This document shows, piece by piece, positions 11,761 to 21,245 of a stretch of 39,641 nt of DNA; position 1 is the first letter of the stretch; every line of letters begins with the position of its first letter. The notes under the pieces are model-generated. The model was given only the letters and a program-made list of their open reading frames with translations, ran no database searches and was not told the DNA's origin. The DNA is from Catajapyx aquilonaris (lineage: Eukaryota): positions 1 through 39,641 of the forward strand of contig JYFJ02003600.1 of NCBI GenBank assembly GCA_000934665.2. The letters are read 5' to 3'. The position numbers and the translations under genes were made by a program.

Positions 11761-12764
11761 TCGACGCGACGGGACAATATTCTTTTTGAACTGTTGGAGA
11801 AACGATCCGGCAATTTTTTATCAATCTAGTCTACCCATTAAATGAACGCAGATTAAATTGACTTACCCCCTTCTTGCAGCATACTCTTCAATATTATTGC
11901 AGCAATAATATTCTTGATGATGCCAGAGCCAAATATGTTGCACATGTTGTAAGAGCCAGGTGTCTATTGTTAGACAAAACTTCTTAGTATGTAGAAATGG
12001 AAAGCCATTGTTGTGTTGTTGCTTCTGTGCAGCTTGTCTGGCTGCTTTAAGTTCTAGACGGGACTGGCGCTGGCGTTGCCTGTCTGCTTCATACTATAGC
12101 CTTTCAGTCCGTTTGCGTTTGGCAGCAGGAGATTGACAGATTGTCCAAACGTGTAACCCTTATTTGGAGGCATTTGATTGAGAAACAGGAAGGGGTTCAA
12201 GTTTCCATAGAGATGCCCTCAAACAAAAATAGTAGTAAACAGTGTCTTTTGATATTGTTGTCGGATAATGGTGCAAGGAGAGGAGGTATAGGGTGTTGTG
12301 GGAGTAAGTCTCATTTTCGGAAGCTGAAACATGCGGCATCAAATTCCTCGAAAAAAGTAACCCCTGGCGTACTAGTTTACTGCGGTGTAGGGGCATTCCT
12401 CTGGATTTACTATCGATAATAAAGCCCAGCCTAAGACACACCAGGAGGTATGGCCATGTCATTAAGTAATAGATTTATTTATTTCTGCGTCATAAAGTGC
12501 TAATTTTCGTCATCAGAAGACCAAGTCTTAAATATGAGTGGAGAGTTTGAAATTAATCATGTAAAGTTGGAAGATTACAGAAGGACTTGTGTACATGATA
12601 AATGATGCTCTTCAGTATACAGCATCTCCTTACTACACATTACACAATCATCTCCTTGCCCTTATACTTACTGGAATTATAATACCTTTACAAACGTTTA
12701 GAATCTTACTTCAGCTACTACAGTCATGGTAGTGTACATGGTAGTAGGCTACAACTTCAGCTAG

Positions 12765-12836
12765 TCCGGTATGGTCTAGTGGCTAGGATACCCGGCTTTC
12801 ACCCGGGAGGCTCGGGTTCGATTCCCGGTACCGGAG
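12765..12836 (+). tRNA. tRNA-Glu (anticodon TTC)
   Basis: 72-nt cloverleaf with acceptor TCCGGTA/TACCGGA, anticodon arm CCCGG-CTTTCAC-CCGGG and T-loop TTCGATT. It has A and B boxes and a TTTT terminator directly downstream. Confidence 0.95.
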
Positions 12837-13216
12837 TCTTTTGTTTTATTGTTTCATTTTGCGTTACTCTTGAGAGTGTTGAAGTTTCTCGTTATTTTGC
12901 CCACAATTTCAGATATTTGAGTAAACATTTTGTATTATTACCATTGCTACAATCATATAAGTGTAATACTACAAAATGTTTACTCAAATATCTGAAATTG
13001 TGGGCAAAATAACGAGAAACTTCAACACTCTCAAGAGTAACGCGAAAGTAAACATTTTTTATTATACTTATATGATTGTAGCAATGGTAGTACCATTTCT
13101 ACAATCATATAAGTATAATACAAAATGTTTACTCAAATATCTGAAATTGTGAGCAAAATAACGAGAAACTTCAACACTCTCAAGAGTAACGCAAAATTAA
13201 ACACTAAAACAAAAGA

Positions 13217-13288
13217 TTCCGGTACCGGGAATCGAACCCGAGCCTCCCGGGTGAAAGCCGGGTATCCTAGCCACTAGACCATACCGGA
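13217..13288 (-). tRNA. tRNA-Glu (anticodon TTC), second copy
   Basis: Reverse complement identical to 12765-12835, with discriminator A instead of G. It is followed by TCTTTTGTTTT on the minus strand. Confidence 0.95.
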
Positions 13289-13439
13289 CTATAGCTGAAG
13301 TTGTAGCCTACCATGTACGCTACCATGACTGTAGTAGCTGAAGTGAGCTTCTATCAACGTTTGTAAAGGTATTATAATGCCAGTAAGTACTTGTATGAGG
13401 GCAAGGAGATGATTGTGTAGTAAGGAGATGCTGTATATA

Positions 13440-14001
13440 CAGGGTGTTTATTGTAACTCTGCAAAGACTTTCAGGGGTAATAGAGGGGACCAATACAAGT
13501 ATTTTTGACATAGGAACCAGTGTCCGGAAACGCCATCTAGAGGGGGTTCATAGACGAGGAACGGGTGCGCTCAGACGCGTCAGGCGAGAGGCGCAAGTCG
13601 AGCGGACTGTTTTGTTGATAGATGGCGCGCAGTTGTTGCCAGGTTATGGCGTATCGCGTCGTTGTAAGTAAACAACAACGCGATACGCCATAACCTGGCA
13701 ACAACAGAACCGCTGTTGACTATCCGCGCGTCTCCTAGGAGGCGGACTTTAGTTGCTAGATGGCTCTGCTGTTGCCAGGTTATGGCACATCACATTGGTG
13801 TTTACTATCCGAGCGCCATCTATCAACAAAACATTCCGCTCTCTTAACGCCTCTCGCCTGACGCGTCTGAGCGCACCCGTTCCTTGTCTATGAACCCCCT
13901 CTAGATGGCGTTTCCGGACACGGGTTCCTATGTCAAAAATACTTGTCTTGGTCCCCTCTATTACCCCTGAAAGTCTTTGCAGAGTTACAATAAACACCCT
14001 G
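13440..14001. mobile_element. Tc1/mariner-type MITE (562 bp) inserted in the right arm of the tRNA palindrome
   Basis: TA|CAGGGTGTTTATTGTAACTCTGC...GCAGAGTTACAATAAACACCCTG|TA with ~190-bp TIRs. It is absent from the equivalent left-arm position (~12615-12620). Confidence 0.92.
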
Positions 14002-14763
14002 TATAGTGTATACAGAATAGCATATTTTATCCTTTACACAAGTCCTTCTGTAATCTTCCAACTTTACATGATTAATTTCAAATTCTCAACTCATATTTTA
14101 GACTTGGTCTTCTGATGACGAAAATTAACAATTATGACGCAGAAATAAATAAATCTATTACTTAATGACATGGCCATACCTCCTGGTGTGTCTTAGGCTG
14201 GGCTTTATGATCGATAGTAAATCCAGAACAATATTCTAAATAATTAATAGCAAAGATCTATCCCTTATTCGGGAGTTTAATTTTTCACAATTCACTCCCT
14301 TGACTGAATCATTTGGAAGAAACGTCTGCGCCACAGGGACCCAGTATTCCTCTGGTGCTGACCTACAAGAAAATTATACAAAAATTACCAGGATAGTCGG
14401 CACCAGACAACGACTCGACTGCGGCTGCGAGGTCTCTAGAATGCACCAAATTGCCACAGTTACTATTTTACATTATTGATAATGTATATTAAGTTACACC
14501 ATGTACTGAGTCCTTTCCTGAGTTACCGTATATACTGTATATATGTCCGTTGATATCAAAAAGTCATCTCATGACAACATTCTGTTATAGGCTAAAGGCT
14601 TCCAAACTACTAATTTCGACAGGTTGAAACCAGGGTCATTTACTTAACACTGGAACAAATAATGTAGGACTTGAGTTCTGGCAAAGTACTGCTTTGTGAC
14701 GTTGAAAGGTGGGATTCGAAAAGCGGATGTCGAAATCAAAGAAAACGTCCGTCCTCAATAATA

Positions 14764-15369
14764 CAGTAAAACTTCTATAAGTCGAATCTCCATGGGACCG
14801 GGAAAAAACCTCGAGTTATAGAAGATTCGAGTTAGGGAAGTTTGGAATTTTTAAACCACATAACTCTATAAGGAAGCCTACCTTTATATCCAGCCACGAA
14901 AGCTGTTCAAAACTTTAAAAATAACTGTCACTATCAGCACACTTACAATGTTCCTCATTGTTTTGTTGTAAAAAATATCTCCGTTATGGACATTTGCCTA
15001 AACTCTTAGACTCAAGGATTCAATTGTCACAATCGAGTCAAACACTTCTTTCGGTACATCTGGTAGACGGAGATCAGGAAATTGAGCCTTTCTGTACATG
15101 TGGCCTACTCTCGACCCTTCGGCTGGGAAATGAGAAAATTTTCCGTACTCGCCAACATGAACTTCGACTTAGGGAGACTGAAAATGCATTGATATCCCAT
15201 CGTAAGGCCCTGCCTGCACTTTGAGTTATGGAGAACTTCGAGATGTAGAAATTCTAGTTGGGGAAGTTTATTTCCTATTATTTTACATTGTGACCAACCA
15301 AACTCATCATTTTCTTTGACTTATAGAGAACTTCGACTTAGGGAAATTCGACTTATAGAAGTTTTACTG
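14764..15369. mobile_element. pogo/Tigger-like MITE (606 bp)
   Basis: TA|CAGTAAAACTTCTATAAGTCGAAT...ATTCGACTTATAGAAGTTTTACTG|TA, with repeated subterminal TCGA(G/C)TTA motifs. Confidence 0.9.
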
Positions 15370-15806
15370 TACTTGTATTATCTGTGCCTAAAAATTGTCC
15401 CTAAACAAGCCCGCCTAAGCAAGCCAGCTTTTGTAGTGCTCACTCACAAAATTTCATGAAGCTTTCAATATAGGGTCATAAGGTTTGGCAATGACTTTTA
15501 GGCATTTAGAGTAAACCCTTTTTTATTGTATTTGATAAGTAGGTAGATAAACACTATACATGAAGCACAATTTCTCAGTTTAGTGGCATTGTGTGGTGAC
15601 GGTTGTAATTTTTTAAACTTAGGGAAGAGGAAAAAAAATTCCTCTCAATGGTTAATGCAATAACCACCACCTAATCTGCGCTGCGTGTGGACACCTCTCA
15701 GTCAAATTTACTATGTACGCTTGTTCATATTTTATTACCATGAAGTTAGACTCAATTTGTTGCTTCATCCTACGTTAACAAACACGCACAACCCATTTCC
15801 TTTTTT

Positions 15807-17546
15807 TTACAGGGATGGACGGATATTTTGAGTCAGATTACTGAGCACCTTTTTCCCCTTCCTGCCTTTTTTCTTCTTTTGAATGGTCCAGACGCAAGGG
15901 TAGTTTGCATCTTTGATATTTAGAACGTCTGGCTGCAGCGTAGCTGTTGACTTGGTGCCTCTAGAGTCAATGTCTGGATGGATCAAGGCATCTTCGGAAG
16001 AGGTGGAGAGGCACCGTTTGTCTACTTCAGGAGAATACTGGAAGGATGGCTTGCCCTCTTCATTCCATGTGTAGTACCTATATTTGATTTCCTCACCATG
16101 TAGTTCCAGCGTCTTTTCTGGCATTCCTGTTTCGTCGGTCCATTCTTCCCCCTTGGTCTCTTCAGTCGTGCCTTCTTCAGGAGAATACTGGCATGATGGC
16201 TTGACCTCTTCATTCCATGTGTGCATATATTTGATTTCCTCACCATGTAGTTCCAGCGTCTTTTCTGGCATTCCTGTTTCGTCGGTCCATTCTTCCCCCT
16301 TGGTCTCTTCAGTCGCGCCTTCTTCAGGAGAATACTGGAATGATGGCTTGCCCTCTTCATTCCATGTGTAGTACCTATATTTGATTTCCTCGCCATGTAG
16401 TTCCAGCGTCTTTTCTGGCATTCCTGTTTCGTCGGTCCATTCTTCCCCCTTGGTCTCTTCAGTCGTGCCTTCTTCAGGAGAATACTGGCATAATGGCATG
16501 ACCTCTTCATTCCATGTGCACATATATTTGGTTTCCTCGCCCTGTAGTTCCAGCGTCTTTTCTGTCATTCCTGTTTCGTCAGTCCTTTCTTCCCCCTTGG
16601 TCTCTTCAGTCTTGCATTCTTCAGCAGTGTCTTCTTCAGTCTTGCATTCTTCAGCCGTGTCTTCTTCAGTGTTGCATTCTTCAGCAGTGTCTTCTCCAGT
16701 CATGCATTCTTCAGCAGTGTCTTCTTCAGTCTTGCATTCTTCAGCCGTGTCTTCTTCAGTTTTGCCTTCTTCAGTCTTACTCTCAGTAGGGTTGTCCCTC
16801 CAATCCTTGTTCTTACTATCCTTGTCCTTCTCCTCTTTGTAATTGCTATCCTTATCAGGCTGGGTCTTGCAACCCTCAAGTTGGTCACCGAAATACTCAT
16901 AATCAGGCATGTGCCAGCTTAGTTTGCTACTACCGGTAATGAATATCCCCTGCCACTCTATGCCATTTTCCAGGATTTTTTCACTGGACTTCTGAATTAT
17001 AGGCGCTTCATCAAGTAACAAAGTCGGTTTGTCATTAATCCTGATCTTATCTTCTGGCATGTAATCCCTTACGTCCATTTCACAAACACGACGTTTCCAG
17101 CGCGGGTCGTCTGGAGAGCGGAAAACCTGCGAGGGACTATTCACATTTTTTTCGGCAGCGATGTTATCTGCAGGCCTTGCCATGTTGCCGCATGGAATAA
17201 ATAAACCACCCTCCGTCATCAAATGCAGAGACTGCTCTTGCAATAACTTGGAGGACCCTGCTTCTTGGACCGAACCTTGAGTAGTGATTCTGCCTCGTGA
17301 GAAGTTGCCCGGAAGCTTGACCAGAGGTGGACCGGTGTTGACATCGCCTTCCATCCATGTAAAATTGAGGGGATCGCAAATAGCCTTGATATATTCCCAA
17401 TCTTTGTCATCGTCGTTTTCAATAGTAACGGAAGGCTGTGACCGTTGGGCATGGGGAAGATACGTCATCTCAAATCCTCTGTCTATGTGGTACCGTGGTG
17501 GGAGCCTATTTCTTTGGCTAGAAGGTGCATCTGAATGAGAATGCAT
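15807..17546 (-). CDS. Uncharacterised acidic (Glu/Thr-rich) tandem-repeat protein, ~579 aa from first ATG
   Basis: A 1.74-kb uninterrupted ORF whose first ATG (17546) is in GCCATG context, about 27 nt after a TTTTCAG splice-acceptor-like site. Repeat unit length changes are multiples of 3, and there is a basic C-terminal patch KKKKGRKGKK. No domain was recognised, and it may be one large exon of a longer gene. Confidence 0.6.
   Translation of the reverse strand: MHSHSDAPSSQRNRLPPRYHIDRGFEMTYLPHAQRSQPSVTIENDDDKDWEYIKAICDPLNFTWMEGDVNTGPPLVKLPGNFSRGRITTQGSVQEAGSSKLLQEQSLHLMTEGGLFIPCGNMARPADNIAAEKNVNSPSQVFRSPDDPRWKRRVCEMDVRDYMPEDKIRINDKPTLLLDEAPIIQKSSEKILENGIEWQGIFITGSSKLSWHMPDYEYFGDQLEGCKTQPDKDSNYKEEKDKDSKNKDWRDNPTESKTEEGKTEEDTAEECKTEEDTAEECMTGEDTAEECNTEEDTAEECKTEEDTAEECKTEETKGEERTDETGMTEKTLELQGEETKYMCTWNEEVMPLCQYSPEEGTTEETKGEEWTDETGMPEKTLELHGEEIKYRYYTWNEEGKPSFQYSPEEGATEETKGEEWTDETGMPEKTLELHGEEIKYMHTWNEEVKPSCQYSPEEGTTEETKGEEWTDETGMPEKTLELHGEEIKYRYYTWNEEGKPSFQYSPEVDKRCLSTSSEDALIHPDIDSRGTKSTATLQPDVLNIKDANYPCVWTIQKKKKGRKGKKVLSNLTQNIRPSL
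16025..16610 (-). repeat. Coding minisatellite, alternating 150/147-bp units (~4 copies)
   Basis: The anchor GAGAATACTG recurs at 16031, 16181, 16328 and 16478 (spacings 150, 147, 150). Confidence 0.92.
16611..16775 (-). repeat. Coding 30-bp tandem repeat (TEEDTAEECK)x5
   Basis: The unit CTTCTTCAGTCTTGCATTCTTCAGCAGTGT is repeated on the + strand. Confidence 0.92.
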
Positions 17547-18980
17547 GGCATTGCCCGTGGGAGATGACGGACCCTGAAAATGCAAGTATGCCAAAAATGT
17601 CGATAATGATGTATTTTGTGTTTTATCTCCACAAAGAGTGTTTGTGAATTTTACTTTTGAGATATACGTATGTTTCGCGGGGACAGATGTGAGATACCGG
17701 TACTATAACACAGGTTCCCCAAACATTTTCCCTGGTTGATATCAAGGTCACGGAAAAAAGAGGGTAAAATTTTCGAGTTGAAAAATTGAAAAGTTTCAAA
17801 GGTCAATATTTTTAAATAATTTCTTATAATTTACACATTAAATATTATTATTATAAAACCATATTCACCCTAGAGTTAATTTTGACCATTTCTAATATAT
17901 TACGGAAATAATGGCGTGTTATGGTTATTATGTAGCCTACGTAAGTATAATGGGGGTCATTATGTGCATCGGGCGACCCATGTAATACCAAGGGTAGTAT
18001 GTTAGGGGTAACCTGTAGAATTACTCCCTTTACATAAGTGTGTACTGTGTAACCACAACATGCCATTATCTCCATAATGGACTAGAAATCGGCAGTCAAC
18101 TACGTAGAATGATTCGTCTCGGAATAAATATCCTGAGGAACGTAGGTCCCAGAGAAAGAACGCACCTCTCCCACCTCCATAATTTATACCCATTTTACTC
18201 TCGTGACTGAAATCTTTGAATGATAATCACAGAGTGAAAATTGCGGTAGCTTATGCACTAAATTAATTTTTTAAACCTGAAACAATACACAAGCCCTCCA
18301 GTCACTTGGTATAGAACAATTCACCTACCGTTTGCATTACAGGCCTACGCAGTGAAATTAAGTTCATTATGCACAGAGGGTGTAAAGAGGGCACTTGAAA
18401 TCTTGGAGAAAAAGATGGGGCACGAGGATCCATAGGTGCGATGTTGCCTGGACGGAAAGACTGGCTCGAAATTGTGCTGCCATAAAATCCATGGCTATTC
18501 AAGGATCCTTGAGTACGAGGCTCCTGAGGGGTTTGACTGCAAACCAACAACATAAGAGGATAGCGGTGTTTAACATCGGTACAATTTTGCCATCATAAAA
18601 TCTAAACGCAATGAGAGCAGCATTATTTTCTTTTTGGCATAATCAGAAACTTTTGGATCATCATACAAGTCCATAATATTTAGTTTCAGATAATAATGTC
18701 CTCGTTACCACACCAATAAATTGTTCAAAAAAACTTTATATAAGCTCGAAAACTCCCAATAGCTTAACGGCCATTTAATTAAATTATGGTTATTGTGAAC
18801 CAGTGACTCTTTTAGTATAGTAATGTTAAACTTTATTGCAATCGAGGAAAACACAGACAGTAAATATGTGTGTATAAATGATTTGATTTACTTGTAATAT
18901 GTGTATTTTCATTTTCTTATTGACAAGAGAGACTATATGAAACTATTGTCCGCTATTGCCCCTAACTAACAATGGTCAGC

Positions 18981-19123
18981 ATGTACTGTGTATAATCAAA
19001 GCTACATGTACTGATGTACTGTGTATAATCAAAGCTACATGTACTGATGTACTGTGTATAATCAAAGCTACATGTACTGATGTACTGTGTATAATCAAAG
19101 CTACATGTACTGTGTATAATCAA
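18981..19123. repeat. 33-bp minisatellite, ~4.3 copies
   Basis: ATGTACTGTGTATAATCAAAGCTACATGTACTG in three perfect copies plus two truncated copies. Confidence 0.95.
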
Positions 19124-20139
19124 TAAAATAGTAAAGAACTAATCTGCATGATTGTCCATAAGGAAAAGGAATCGTTCACATCTGCAACAGCTCACGTTTT
19201 AAAAGACGAAAACAGGGTGTGCTCAAGGTTCCAGGAATCAGCAGCATCAAAATAAAAGTAATTTTTAAATTACATTATCGCATAAAAAGTCAATGGTCAT
19301 ACTTCTGAACGAAATTAAAAGTGAGTAGGCTACGCGTTATCAACAAAATAATTGTGTGCATGCATATTTATGGTACTCAACCCAACAAAAACAAGCGACA
19401 TTTCCCTGGACAGGATTAGGCAGTGATACGTGGGACAAAACATTCACAAAACTGTGAGAGATACGATACAGCTGGAATTTCTCCTGCACATCAGTAATGC
19501 CAGTTAAATATGAATTTATTTTTATAATGACAGAAGTTTATAGTAAGAAAACAATAATATATTTAAAATTACCTGTTCACGTGGGACCCGCCTCTGTTCC
19601 ACATAGCACTGGATTTGAAATGGTTCTTTGGCACAGTGCGAAAATGATTGGCTGGTGGATAGCACACCTGACACAATTCTCAAAACTTAAGCCATGTTGA
19701 CAGGTAGCCTAGTAACATGGCAACGGCTCCAACAGTGTCATACGGTTGGCAATGCATTTTAGTTTTGCAATATCATTTCCAAAAAGTGTTCACACCTGTT
19801 GCCACTTGTTTGGCCAATGTGTTTGGCTGTTTGGCCCACTACGCGGCGCCACAGTAGAGTGCTGTCGAGAGGAATTTAAATAAAATCGCAGGGATTTATC
19901 CCCCCCAGAATACACACCCATTCAAATCTCCCACAATCACTCTCACGTGATTTGCCAATCTTGTTTTTACATAAACTTGATGAGTGTCCCTTCTCATTTT
20001 CACCATTTCGACACCATGGCCCAGTAACGTGCCTAATACAGTAGTAGCAAGTTGAAACTAGGGAGGTTCATTTTGGCACCCTGTAGCCTACTTTGGTTTC
20101 TATGCATTGAAAGTGTCTATTTATTTTATATACAGTAAC

Positions 20140-21245
20140 AGGTTCCTCCATATTTCCTGAATCTACTCGACAAGCTGAGTCGAATGATACTATTCTTAGG
20201 GTGGGTACGGTTAGTTCAAAAGTTATGGAATTTTGAAATATAATAATTGCAAGTAATAAACAATGAATGAAAATAAATGAGTGTCCCTTTGTTGAAACTA
20301 TTTAGCCTACTCCTATTGTTGCGTGAGGGGATTCTCCATGGAAACGTGAGGGTTGCAACGGCAACGTGTTGTGAATGATGCTGAATGATGATAATAAACA
20401 ATTGTTCTTAGTTCGTTGGAGAGTCACGAGAGTGTAGAAGACATTTAAAGGATAGAAGCCAGCTGAAATCCTGCAAAGGACTTTTTCCGCCACAGGAAAA
20501 ATCCAAGGAGCACTTTGCTGACCATCTAGTAGAGTTCTAAGGCAATGCAAAAAGGAAATCTTGAATCCGTTCAGTACGCTTCTTGCTGCCATCTGCCGGG
20601 CTTACCCAGTTTAGGTCACTTAGGTTAGGTTGGGTTACATTACGTAGCCCAGTCCATTTGCGAATGAAGCCTCCTCCCATTCGGCGATGTTGCCATACTG
20701 TTGAATGCGTTGGTGTTTTCTGTGAGGCGTTGGAGTGACCTCACCAGTGCAGCTGTCCGTCTTGTAGCCCTGCCAGGCACGGTACGTCGTATTGCGTGAT
20801 GATTTTAGATATTTGCGAACGCGTGAGCGAGCTGGGTGCTTATTGTCAGTTGTGTATCCGCAACATTATTGTCCGTCTTGTGGCGCCGCAGACAAACGAA
20901 CGTTATTGTGGCTTTGCCACAGTAACTTTAAGCAACATGCACATATACGGCTTTTAAATTTCATGTTTTACTTGTAATTTCAGCTAGAGTATGATCCAAA
21001 TGACTCTGTTCAAACATGGTAAAAAAAACACTTTTCAAATAACCATGGAGATGCCCTCGCGCAACAAAAGGAGTAAATAGTTTCAACAATGGACCGCTTG
21101 TTTATTTTAATTCATTGATTGTTTATCATACTTGCAATTTCAAAATTCAATAACTTTTGAACCTAGTGTTTCCGTATCCTGCGAATAGTGTCATTCGACT
21201 CTGCTGGTCGAGTAGATTCAGGGAATATACTGATGTATAGAAACC
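20140..21245. mobile_element. Degenerate non-autonomous DNA transposon with ~190-bp inverted arms
   Basis: ATATTTCCTGAATCTACTCGACAAGCTGAGTCGAATGA...CTCCATGG (20150-20341) matches in inverted orientation CCATGGAG...TCATTCGACTCTGCTGGTCGAGTAGATTCAGGGAATAT (21043-21227). True termini and TSD are unresolved. Confidence 0.7.

Larger units (their letters stand above)
12400..14227. repeat. 1.8-kb inverted duplication (palindrome) containing two tRNA-Glu genes
   Basis: The left arm TCTGGATTTACTATCGAT...(12400-~12938) matches the reverse complement of ~13113-14227 (...ATCGATAGTAAATCCAGA) once the 13440-14001 MITE is removed. Confidence 0.92.

Noticed and set aside
12779..13012. 77-aa ORF MARIPGFHPGGSGSIPGTG...
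   Set aside because: It is a translation of the tRNA-Glu gene and its flank.
13444..13997. Twin ORFs MFIVTLQRLSGVIEGT...
   Set aside because: They are the two TIRs of the MITE read in opposite directions.
16022..16842. Ser-rich + strand ORFs and the basic alternative-frame ORF overlapping the long ORF
   Set aside because: These are shadow frames of the repetitive 595-codon frame.
18981..19123. 33-bp repeats of CRISPR-like length
   Set aside because: They are head-to-tail with no spacers, there are no cas genes, and the context is eukaryotic.
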